From positions 994 through 64,993 of the forward strand of contig DATGKN010000092.1 of NCBI GenBank assembly GCA_035294645.1: a DNA stretch of 64,000 bases, read 5' to 3'. The stretch comes from Chloroflexota bacterium (GTDB taxonomy: Bacteria > Chloroflexota > UBA6077 > JAJPHF01). Each line of letters begins with the position of its first letter. Within the stretch, counting starts at the first letter, position 1. A program made the translations under genes and the position numbers. Below are positions 18,124-26,585 of the stretch, piece after piece. The notes beneath the pieces were generated by a model that was given only the letters and a program-made list of their open reading frames with translations, searched no databases and had not been told where the DNA came from.

Positions 18124-19182
18124 CTACGCGGCGGCCTCGCGGTACAGGCCCAGCGCCCGCAGTACCGGGTCGTCGGTGAACGAGAACAACAGTGCCGGCT
18201 CCCGGCTGGACGCGTTGACGTGCTGGTACGGCGCCCAGCTCGGCACGCAGAAGGTGTCCTTGGCCTCCCACTCCAGGCGCTGGTCGCCCACCTGAGTGTA
18301 GCCCGCCCCCTCCACCACGTGGAAGATGGCGCTGATGCTGCGGCGGCGCGCTCGCCCCGCGAACCCCGGCGGCAGTAGCTGGGCGTAGCAGGCCATGGTC
18401 GGCAACACCGGGCCGCCCGTGCGTGGGTTCACGTACTCCAGCACGACGCCGTCGTAGGGGCTGCCCGCGTCGTGCGCGGCCAGCTCGACCAACGCGGCGC
18501 GGGTGCGCTCCCAGGTGTAGTTCAGCAGCGGCGAGTAGTTGGCCAGATGGCGCTCGTACGCTGGCAGCAGCGTGCCCCGGGCGTACTTGCGCCGCGAGTC
18601 GTCGAGCGCCTTGGTGACCGGCTGGACGGTCTGGGGGTACTCCTCGAAGAACATGGCGTCGATGGCGTTGACCAAGGGGAGGTCGAGTCCGTCGAGCCAG
18701 ACCATCGGCTCGGCCGACTCATTGCCGTGGTCGTGCCACGTCCAGTTCGGGGTGAGCACCAGGTCGCCCGGGTTCATCAGCGTGCGCTCGCCGTCGACCG
18801 CGGTGTAGGCGCCGTGGCCCTCGACGATGAAGCGGATGGCCGCCGCGGTATGCCGGTGCGTGCGGGCGATCTCCCCTGGCAGGATGAGCTGGAGGCCGGC
18901 GTACAGCGTGTTGGTGACCGCCGCGGCACCATCGAGCCCCGGGTTGCACAGCATCACCACGCGGCGCTCGGCCTCCTCGGTGCCGATCAGCTCGCCGGCA
19001 CGGTACACGTAGGGGCGCAGCTCCCGCCAGCGCCAGATGAACGGCACGGCGCGCGGCTGCGGCGTGGGGGTCAGCAGGCTCTTCAGCACGGTCCACAAGG
19101 GCGCGGTGCTGAACTGCCGCAGCTCTTGATAATACGCTTCCAGCGCCTGCGCGCGGCTCGGGGACTGCTGCACCGTGGCCAT
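18124..19182 (-). CDS. gentisate 1,2-dioxygenase (bicupin)
   Basis: 352 aa. PLWTVL, ARTHRHTAAAIRFIVEG His cluster, TPNWTWHDH. Second cupin with VVEGAGYT. Confidence 0.85.
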   Translation of the reverse strand: MATVQQSPSRAQALEAYYQELRQFSTAPLWTVLKSLLTPTPQPRAVPFIWRWRELRPYVYRAGELIGTEEAERRVVMLCNPGLDGAAAVTNTLYAGLQLILPGEIARTHRHTAAAIRFIVEGHGAYTAVDGERTLMNPGDLVLTPNWTWHDHGNESAEPMVWLDGLDLPLVNAIDAMFFEEYPQTVQPVTKALDDSRRKYARGTLLPAYERHLANYSPLLNYTWERTRAALVELAAHDAGSPYDGVVLEYVNPRTGGPVLPTMACYAQLLPPGFAGRARRRSISAIFHVVEGAGYTQVGDQRLEWEAKDTFCVPSWAPYQHVNASSREPALLFSFTDDPVLRALGLYREAAA

Positions 19183-19497
19183 CGCTCACTCCTCCTTCGG
19201 GGCCCCGCTGCCCCGTCGCGGCCGCGCTTGGACACCGCGCGGCCCCTGTCGTGCATCGCCGCTCCTGCATGGATTGTAGCGGCGCGTCTGGCACACGACC
19301 ACCGCCCACCCGCCGAAGGGGGCAGCGGGGACAGGGGCCGCACCCGGGCCTCGCGGCGGGCGGTAGCGCAGGGCGGGCGCTGCTCGCCCCGCCTCGCGTG
19401 GCCGTTATCGCGCGGGATCCCTACGAGCCGGGCAGCTACAGGCAGCTCGCCGATCCGGCCGCAAGCCAGTACACTGACCCGCCGTGAGCAGGCGGGG

Positions 19498-20892
19498 TTA
19501 GGCGGTCGGCTGAATGTTCTGGTTCCCGCGGAAGAAGTTCGTCGGGTCGTAGCGGTTCTTCAGGGCCACCAGGCGGTCGTAGCTGGTGCCGTAGGCCGCG
19601 CGGATGCGCGCCGCTCCTTCCTGGCCCGCCTCCAGGTAGTTGACGTACACGCCGGCCGCCGCGGCCGGCTGGACAGCCTGCCAGAGGTCGCGCGCCCAGC
19701 GCATCTGCCGCTCGTCGTCGGCCGCATCCTCCCAGCGCGCGAGGACCAGCAGGTTGTAAGCGCAGTCGCGGTGGTCGAAGGCCGTTTCCTCGCGGCCGCC
19801 GCGGCGGTAGGCGCCGCCCAGCGGCTCGACCACCACCGCCGACAGCGGCGAAGGCACGGCGGCGAAGCGCTCGACGATGCTGTCGATGGTCGCGTCAGGG
19901 AGGCGCGCCAGGAAGCTCGACTTCCAGTAGTTGCGCAGGCCGAAGGGAAAGCCCTCATCTAGCAGGGTCTGGAGCTGCTCGTAGGGCATCGGCCCGGTCA
20001 GGTCGGCTAGCGGTGGGCCAAACGCGCGCAAGGGCCGAAGCAGCGCCTCGCCCTGCGCGAGCGGCCCGTTGTAACCGACCAGCAGGGCCACCACCGGGCC
20101 GCTGCCGTCCGGCGCGGTCAGCAACACGGCGTAGACCGCCAGCGCGTCGGGCGCCGCCTGGCTGAACTCGCGGTACAGGCGCAGCAGCTCACGGGCCCGG
20201 TCGAAGGGGTAGAGCAGCATGCCGCCGAGTATTGTGCCGACGGGGTGCAAGCGGTACTCGAACACCGTCACCACCCCGAAGTTGCCGCCGCCCCCTCGTA
20301 GGCCCCAGAACAGGTCGGCATGCTCGGCCGCGCTGGCCGTCACAAACGAGCCGTCGGCTAGCACCACGTCGGCCGAGAGCAGGTTGTCGCAGGTCAGGCC
20401 GTAGCTGCGGCCGAGCCAGCCGATCCCTCCGCCGAGGGTCAGCCCGGCGATGCCCGTCGAAGAGATCTGGCCACCGGTAGTGGCCAGACCGAATACCTGG
20501 CACTCGCGGTCCAGCTCGCGCCAGGTCAGCCCCGCCTGGGCGCGCACCGTGCGCACGCGGGGATCGACCCGGATGCCCTTCATCGGGGACAGGTCGATCG
20601 TCAGCCCCCCGTCGCAGAGCGCGTTGCCGGCGACATTGTGCCCGCCGCCGCGCACGCTGACCAGCAGCGCGTGCTCGCGGGCGAAGCGGACGGCCTTCAT
20701 CACGTCGCCCGCGGTCGCGCAGCGCGCGATGAGCGCCGGCCGCCGGTCGATCATTCCGTTGAACAGCCGGCGCGCGTCGTCGTAGCCGGCGTCGCCGGGC
20801 CGGAGCAGCGCGCCGCCCAGGCTCGCCGCGAAGGCCAGGATGGCTGCCTCGTCGGGGACCGGCGTCGATCCCGCAGGGAGTCCAGGCGTCAT
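19498..20892 (-). CDS. FAD-binding oxidoreductase (PCMH/FAD_binding_4 with BBE-like C-terminus)
   Basis: Real part of ORF 19498-21321 from ATG 20892 (SD AGGAAGGAAAA). VRGGGHNVAG, GLRGGGGNFGVVT, C-terminal YVNY...DPTNFFRGNQNI. Confidence 0.85.
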   Translation of the reverse strand: MTPGLPAGSTPVPDEAAILAFAASLGGALLRPGDAGYDDARRLFNGMIDRRPALIARCATAGDVMKAVRFAREHALLVSVRGGGHNVAGNALCDGGLTIDLSPMKGIRVDPRVRTVRAQAGLTWRELDRECQVFGLATTGGQISSTGIAGLTLGGGIGWLGRSYGLTCDNLLSADVVLADGSFVTASAAEHADLFWGLRGGGGNFGVVTVFEYRLHPVGTILGGMLLYPFDRARELLRLYREFSQAAPDALAVYAVLLTAPDGSGPVVALLVGYNGPLAQGEALLRPLRAFGPPLADLTGPMPYEQLQTLLDEGFPFGLRNYWKSSFLARLPDATIDSIVERFAAVPSPLSAVVVEPLGGAYRRGGREETAFDHRDCAYNLLVLARWEDAADDERQMRWARDLWQAVQPAAAAGVYVNYLEAGQEGAARIRAAYGTSYDRLVALKNRYDPTNFFRGNQNIQPTA

Positions 20893-21125
20893 GACGATTT
20901 TCCTTCCTGGCGGCTGCCGGACAGGCGCTGCCTCGCGGTGCCCATGGCTAGCCGCAAGCGTGGCGGGCTGGCGACGCCAGCTCGTCGCCCCAGACCCGCA
21001 CGATCTCCGCCGGCCCCTCGGCGATAGCGAGCGGCCGGCATCACCCTGCACCGACGCCTCAGCTGCCTGCAAGCCCCTCGTGCGGCGCCGAACGTCCTCT
21101 GTGCCATTGTCACTGTGCCGCTCGC

Positions 21126-22691
21126 CTAGCGGTAGTTGTCGAGCACCACGCCGACGACCGCCTGACTCGCCTTGCGCACTACCGCCAGGCACTCGGCCAG
21201 CGCTGCCTGGGTGGTTCGCCCGCGTCGCGCGATGATCAGCACCGCATCGGCGTTGACTACTAGCAACCGGGTGTCGGCAACGGGCAGGACCGGCGCGCTG
21301 TCCACGATGACGAGGTCCCAATACTCACGCAACCGTGGGAGAAGCTGGGCCAGCACCGGGGCGGTATCGACCACCGCCGGGCCCGCCGGCAGGAGCCACA
21401 GGTTGTCGTGCCCACTGGGAACGACGCCCGCGATGGGGGGCGCCTCGACAGCGGTGGCCACCCCACCCGCCTCCGCGCCATGCGGCTGCGGGGTGGGCCG
21501 CGGCGCGGCCGCCGGGATGATCTCACGGCCGTGCACGGGGGCGTGGCCATTGCCGTGGGCGAACAGCTGGTCCAGGCACGGGCGGCGCAGGTGGCCATCC
21601 ACCAGCAGCACGCGCTCGCCGGCACGGGCACAGGTCATGGCCAGGTTGCAGGCCACGAACGTCTTGCCCTCGCCCGCCTGCGGACTGGTGACGACGATCA
21701 CGCGGCAGGGGTGCTCGCCGCGAGTCGCGTACAGATCGGCGCGCAGCATGCGGAACGGCTCCGCGGCGCGGTCCTCGGGGGCGATGAGCACCACCTCGCC
21801 ATGCCCGCGGGCCCGCCCGCCCTTCGCGGCCGCCACGCACACTAGGGGCGGCGCGCCCGTGCCGGCCTGGATGTCCCAGGGGCCGCGAATCCGATTGTCC
21901 AGGCGGGCCAGGCCCAGGACGAGCGCCACGGCGATCGCCACGCCGCTCAGGAAGCCGAACGGCAGCGTGCGGCCAAGCGGCAGGCCGCTGCTGCGCACGG
22001 CGGGGGAGGCGCCATCGAGAATCGAGGCGGTATTCAAGCTGCTGCGCGCGCGGTTGATCTCCACCAGGAGGTTCGCGTGGCTCGCTTCCAGCGCCGCGAG
22101 CCGGTTCTCCAAACCGTTGAGTTCGGTGAGCCGGCTGAGATCGCCGCGGGCCACGGCTTGGTCGAGCCGGTCGCGCTGTTGGCGCAGCGCGGCGATACGG
22201 GCCGGGTAGCCCCGCGCCATCTCCTCCATCTCGGCCAGCCGCGAGGGCACGCCGGTCGACAGCGCGTGGCTCTGTACCGTCTCGGTCGTAAAGATCTCCG
22301 CGATGGACTGCGCAAGCCACTGCGCATCGGCCGGGTGATCACGAGTGACGGTGAGGCGCAGGATATTGGTGTTGGGCACTAGCGCGGTGCTGATCGAGTG
22401 CGCCAGGGCCTCGGGCGCCAGGGGCAGGTTCAGCCGCGCGACGACCGCCTCGGCGAAAGCACGGCTGCGTAGTACTTCGCCATAGGAGGCAGCCAAGACG
22501 GTGATCTCGTTGTTCTCGGTGCTGTAGGGCAGGAACGCGCTGCGAGCCGCAGGATTGAGCTGCAACGTCACCACCGATTGATACTGCGAGCGGGCGGTAG
22601 CACTGCTGTAATACGCGACGGCCACTCCAACCAGCGGGACGATCACCAGCAGCCACCAGTAGCGCAGCAGCGCTTGCACGTACATGGCCAT
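21126..22691 (-). CDS. polysaccharide co-polymerase (Wzz domain) fused to BY-kinase-type P-loop ATPase
   Basis: SD AGGAGG. N-terminal TM plus Wzz-like region, coiled-coil, second TM. Walker A SPQAGEGKT, A' VLLVDGHLRRP, Walker B LVIVDSAP. Confidence 0.8.
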   Translation of the reverse strand: MAMYVQALLRYWWLLVIVPLVGVAVAYYSSATARSQYQSVVTLQLNPAARSAFLPYSTENNEITVLAASYGEVLRSRAFAEAVVARLNLPLAPEALAHSISTALVPNTNILRLTVTRDHPADAQWLAQSIAEIFTTETVQSHALSTGVPSRLAEMEEMARGYPARIAALRQQRDRLDQAVARGDLSRLTELNGLENRLAALEASHANLLVEINRARSSLNTASILDGASPAVRSSGLPLGRTLPFGFLSGVAIAVALVLGLARLDNRIRGPWDIQAGTGAPPLVCVAAAKGGRARGHGEVVLIAPEDRAAEPFRMLRADLYATRGEHPCRVIVVTSPQAGEGKTFVACNLAMTCARAGERVLLVDGHLRRPCLDQLFAHGNGHAPVHGREIIPAAAPRPTPQPHGAEAGGVATAVEAPPIAGVVPSGHDNLWLLPAGPAVVDTAPVLAQLLPRLREYWDLVIVDSAPVLPVADTRLLVVNADAVLIIARRGRTTQAALAECLAVVRKASQAVVGVVLDNYR

Positions 22692-22768
22692 CGGATTCCT
22701 ACCTCCTGAGCGAACCGCTTACAGGTCGGTGTCGTCGCCGGCCCGGCGCAGGCCGGTGGGGCGCGCGC

Positions 22769-23203
22769 TCACGGCGCGCAGCGGAGCCCGGCCGTGGCTA
22801 CCGCCCGGGCCTGGAAGGCGTTAGCGAAGCCCCTTGCCACGTAGCGGCACAGCTGCGCATCGAAGGCGGTAGGCTGGGCGGCACGTGCACGCGCCGCGGC
22901 GAGCCCAACGGCCGCTTGGACCACCTGTTCGTCCGTGCGCGCGTGCGCCGCGGCCTTCAGCCACTGGAGCCCCACGGCCTCCGAGGTGCAGCCCAGGCTG
23001 CCGAGCAGGCGGCCCAGTGACGCATGGGCCTGGTACACCAGCGCGTCGTTCGCCTTGGCCCCGGCGACCGTGCTACCGAGCGTCGTGCCCCCGCTGACGT
23101 CGATCGGCGCGACGCAGAGGCGCAGACCCCCCGCGCCGAGGGCCAGCGCCACCAGCACCCCAACGAGCCACAACACGGAGGGGGCGGGGGGAAGACGCCT
23201 CAT
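22769..23203 (-). CDS. hypothetical membrane-anchored/exported protein (4 Cys)
   Basis: 144 aa. ATG overlaps the upstream stop (ATGA), implying translation. N-terminal TM/signal segment. No family recognised. Confidence 0.5.
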   Translation of the reverse strand: MRRLPPAPSVLWLVGVLVALALGAGGLRLCVAPIDVSGGTTLGSTVAGAKANDALVYQAHASLGRLLGSLGCTSEAVGLQWLKAAAHARTDEQVVQAAVGLAAARARAAQPTAFDAQLCRYVARGFANAFQARAVATAGLRCAP

Positions 23204-24318
23204 GCCGACCGCGCGAGCTGCAAGACGCCGGCCGCCTGCATGCGCGCCTGCGCTGGGGCGAACGTGTCGTGCAGGTCCGGCTGCTCGGCCGCCCAGGCCA
23301 CGTACTCCGCGACCATCGCCTCCTGCTCCACCCGCGGTGCCCAGCCGAGCCGGCGTAGCGGGCCGATGTCCGAGAAGATGTGGCGGGTGTCGCCGACGCG
23401 GTACAGCCCGGGCACTCGCGGCTCCAGCGAGCTGCCGGCCGCCTGCAGCACGAGCCTAGCGAGGTCGAGCACCGCGACCCGCCGGTCGCCGCCGACATTG
23501 AACACCTGGTAGTCCGCGCGCGCGTCGTGGAGCACCAGCAGGTTGGCGCGGACCACATCGTGGACCGAGACGTAGTCGCGGAGCTGGCGCCCGTCCTCAT
23601 AGACGACCGGGGGGTTGCCGGTGAGGACGCGCACGGCGAACGCTCGTAGCGCGCCCGAGTAGGCGTTGCGGAACGACTGCCGTGGCCCTTGGACGATCGA
23701 GTAGCGCAGCGCCACGCTGGGAATGCCGTAACGCCGGCCGAGTTGCAGCGCCAGGTCCTCCTGGTCCCGCTTCGACAACGCGTAGCTGTTGTGCGGATGC
23801 GTGACCGTCTCCTCGGTCCACAAGGGCACCAGGGGTTCCCCGCAGCGCGCGCAGCGCACTTCCCAGTCGCCCCGGCGCAGCTGCTCGGCGGGGCGCTGGT
23901 CCGGGTACTGCACGCCGTGGCGTGCGCAGCAGTGCTTGCCCTCGCCGTACACCGCCTGCGACGACGCCACGATCACTTTCTGCACGGGCAGGTGCTCGGC
24001 CACGATCAGCTCGTACAACAGGGCTGTGGCCACGCTGTTGGTCAGGAAGAAGCGCGAGAAGTCCGTCAGGTAGTCCTGGTACGCGGCGAGATGGAACACG
24101 ACATCGATGCCCCGCAGCGCCCGCCGTAGTACCTCGCGGTCCACGACGCTGCCGCGCACCAGCTCGGCCTCGCGCGGCAGGTACGCGGGCACGCCCAGGT
24201 GCACTGGGGGCTCGAACGAGTCGAGCACGCGCACCGCGTGGCCAGCGGCGAGCAGGGCGTCGACCGTGTGCGACCCGATGAAGCCCGCGCCCCCCGTGAC
24301 CAAGATCTTCCACGCCAT
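23200..24318 (-). CDS. NAD-dependent epimerase/dehydratase (extended SDR) with Cys-rich insertion
   Basis: VTGGAGFIGSH Rossmann motif, YALSK catalytic YxxxK. About 45-aa insert HCCARHG...CARCGEP between the strand after VYGEG and the catalytic Tyr. Confidence 0.85.
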   Translation of the reverse strand: MAWKILVTGGAGFIGSHTVDALLAAGHAVRVLDSFEPPVHLGVPAYLPREAELVRGSVVDREVLRRALRGIDVVFHLAAYQDYLTDFSRFFLTNSVATALLYELIVAEHLPVQKVIVASSQAVYGEGKHCCARHGVQYPDQRPAEQLRRGDWEVRCARCGEPLVPLWTEETVTHPHNSYALSKRDQEDLALQLGRRYGIPSVALRYSIVQGPRQSFRNAYSGALRAFAVRVLTGNPPVVYEDGRQLRDYVSVHDVVRANLLVLHDARADYQVFNVGGDRRVAVLDLARLVLQAAGSSLEPRVPGLYRVGDTRHIFSDIGPLRRLGWAPRVEQEAMVAEYVAWAAEQPDLHDTFAPAQARMQAAGVLQLARSA

Positions 24319-24361
24319 CGGACTCCTCCTTCACATGCCGTCCGTGCCCGCGCGAGGTGGC

Positions 24362-24844
24362 TTACGACACGCCACGATTCGCGCGCAGCGCCGCCGCGAT
24401 GGCCTGCCGCTGCAGGGCGCGCACGCCGGGCGGCAGGGCCGCGGGGGCGAAGAACGCCCAGCGCTCGACCTCGACACTCGGGGCGCGGGGCGGCGCCGCC
24501 AGCACGCAGCGATACACGAGCCGCAGGGCGGGCCGCCCCGGCTCGCACAGCGCGGCCACCAGGCGCTCGGGGCACAGCGCGCCGCCCACTTCCTCGGCGA
24601 ACTCGCGCCGCAGCGCGGCTTCCGGGGACTCCCGCGCGCCCAGCCGCCCGCTGGGCAGGCCCCAGGGATGAGCGCGGTCGTGGGTGTGGCGGAACAACAG
24701 CACACGTCCGTCGTCGGTGACCACGACCGCCCACACGCTGACCACGAAGCGGGGGCCGAGCCACGCCAGCAGGCGCAGCTTCAGCCCCTCGCCCGGGCAC
24801 GCGCCCCACAGCCGGGCCAGCGCACGCAGGCCGCGTCGAGTCAC
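24362..24844 (-). CDS. NUDIX hydrolase
   Basis: GTG 24844 overlaps the upstream stop (GTGA). Complete Nudix box GRLGARESPEAALRREFAEEVG (GX5EX7REUXEEXG). Confidence 0.7.
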   Translation of the reverse strand: MTRRGLRALARLWGACPGEGLKLRLLAWLGPRFVVSVWAVVVTDDGRVLLFRHTHDRAHPWGLPSGRLGARESPEAALRREFAEEVGGALCPERLVAALCEPGRPALRLVYRCVLAAPPRAPSVEVERWAFFAPAALPPGVRALQRQAIAAALRANRGVS

Positions 24845-25518
24845 GACGCCCCTCGGCGGCTGAGCACGGCGGGCACCGTGCGCAGCAGGATCGTTAGGTC
24901 GAGCCACAGCGACCAGCGCTGGATGTACTCCAAGTCGAGGCGCACCCACTCCTCGAAGTCGCGAATGGTGTTGCGCCCCGAGATCTGCCACAGACAGGTG
25001 ATGCCGGGCTTCACCGCCACCTTCTGGCGTTGGTGCGCGGTGAACTGGGCGTACTCCGTCTGGAGCGGCGGGCGTGGCCCCACGAGGCTCATGTCGCCTG
25101 TCAGCACGCTCCACAGCTGGGGTAGCTCGTCGAGGCTCCAGCGCCGTAAGACACGCCCAAGCGGCGTGACCCGCGGGTCGTCGGGCAGCTTGAACACCGG
25201 CCCGCGCATCGTGTTCTGGCTCAGCAGCGCGGGCTTGAGCGCGTCGGCGTTGGGCACCATCGTGCGGAACTTGTAGCTGGTGAACGGGCGGCCGCCCTCG
25301 CCGACGACCCGCCAGCGGTACAGCACGGGCCGGCCGCTGGTCACTAGCACGGCGAGGGCCACCGCGGCCAGCAGCGGGCTCAGTCCCACGAGCAGGGCCA
25401 GCGCCACGCTCACGTCGAGCATGCGCTTGAGCGCGCGCTGCACCATGTAGCTGCGCGTGGCCGGCCGCGGCGGCGCCAGCAGCGGGTCGACAGGGGCGCG
25501 CGTGTGGAGCGACAACAT
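24841..25518 (-). CDS. priming polyprenyl-phosphate sugar-phosphate transferase (bacterial sugar transferase, WbaP/EpsL C-terminal type)
   Basis: ATG 25518 after GGGAGGGAG. One TM, then YKFRTM, SLDELPQL, SLVGPRP, KPGITCLWQISGR motifs. Confidence 0.85.
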   Translation of the reverse strand: MLSLHTRAPVDPLLAPPRPATRSYMVQRALKRMLDVSVALALLVGLSPLLAAVALAVLVTSGRPVLYRWRVVGEGGRPFTSYKFRTMVPNADALKPALLSQNTMRGPVFKLPDDPRVTPLGRVLRRWSLDELPQLWSVLTGDMSLVGPRPPLQTEYAQFTAHQRQKVAVKPGITCLWQISGRNTIRDFEEWVRLDLEYIQRWSLWLDLTILLRTVPAVLSRRGAS

Positions 25519-25553
25519 GGTCGGCTCCCTCCCGGTGATGGGCGCGTGCGGAG

Positions 25554-26501
25554 TCAGGGCACCTGGCGGTTGCCCCACGAGCTGACCACGGGTACCGCCG
25601 CCTGGCGCGCGCCGAGCGGGGGCAGCCGTCGGGCGATGCGTCGCACCGCGTTGATCCCCACGGTGGCCAGAAAGCTCGCGCCCATACCCACGTAGATGGA
25701 CCCGTTGATCGCCAGCGGGTAGCGGGCCGCGAGGTGCTTGCGGTGGAACAGAAAGATCGAGCGGTGCCAGTGGTAGATCATGGCGAAGGGGCGGCTGCGC
25801 GCGCTACTGCCCTTGTAGTGATGGGCCAGCACACCAGGGTGGTAGACGACGCGCCAGCCCGCGTGCCGCGCGCGCCAGCACCAGTCCTCGTCCTCGCAGT
25901 ACATGAAGAACCGCTCATCCAGCGGCCCGATCTGGGCCACGGTCTGCCGCCGGATCAAGAGGAACGCCCCGACCACGGCATCGACGTCGGCGAGCTCGTC
26001 CTCGTCCAGGTACGATAGGTAATAGTGACCGAAGCGGGGGTGGCGCGGGAACAGCCAACTCAGGCCGCTGAGCTTGTAGACGTAGGTCGCCGCGGTCTTG
26101 AACGTCCGGCGCGCGGGCGGGTCGAGGCGCCCGTTGGGCAGGAGGATCTTTGGCCCCAGGATGCCCACGGCGGGCTCGGCCTCCAGGAAGGCGAGCGCGC
26201 GGTCGAGCGCGTTCGGCTCCAGGATCACGTCGGGGTTCAGCAGCAAGATGTACTCGCCGCGCGCCAACGCCAGCGCTTGGTTATTGGCCGCGGCGTAGCC
26301 GACATTGCGCGAGTTACGGATCACGCGCAGGGTGGGGAACTGCTCCGCTAGGCCGCGAAGCCCGTCGTCTGTCGAGGCGTTGTCGACCAGCATCACCTCG
26401 TCGTCGGGACGGAGCTGCGGCCAGAGCGCGCGCAAGCAGGCCCAGATGCGGTCCCCGCTGTTGTAAGTCACCGTGATGATCGAAAGCGGCGGGCGTTGCA
26501 T
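25554..26501 (-). CDS. glycosyltransferase family 2
   Basis: ATG 26501 after GAGGTGG. LSIITVTYNS, VDNASTDD, NVGYAAANN, CEDEDWCWR. Confidence 0.85.
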   Translation of the reverse strand: MQRPPLSIITVTYNSGDRIWACLRALWPQLRPDDEVMLVDNASTDDGLRGLAEQFPTLRVIRNSRNVGYAAANNQALALARGEYILLLNPDVILEPNALDRALAFLEAEPAVGILGPKILLPNGRLDPPARRTFKTAATYVYKLSGLSWLFPRHPRFGHYYLSYLDEDELADVDAVVGAFLLIRRQTVAQIGPLDERFFMYCEDEDWCWRARHAGWRVVYHPGVLAHHYKGSSARSRPFAMIYHWHRSIFLFHRKHLAARYPLAINGSIYVGMGASFLATVGINAVRRIARRLPPLGARQAAVPVVSSWGNRQVP

Positions 26502-26585
26502 GGTGCCACCTCGGGCGCGCGCACCGCGGCGCGCGCCAGCGTCCATCAGGAGCGAGGTCGCGTACCGTGCTCCAGGGGGCACGGA

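Noticed and set aside
18472-19962. 496-aa plus-strand ORF spanning the gentisate dioxygenase and the intergenic region
   Set aside because: Same antisense GC artefact. It crosses a clear gene boundary and has junk composition.
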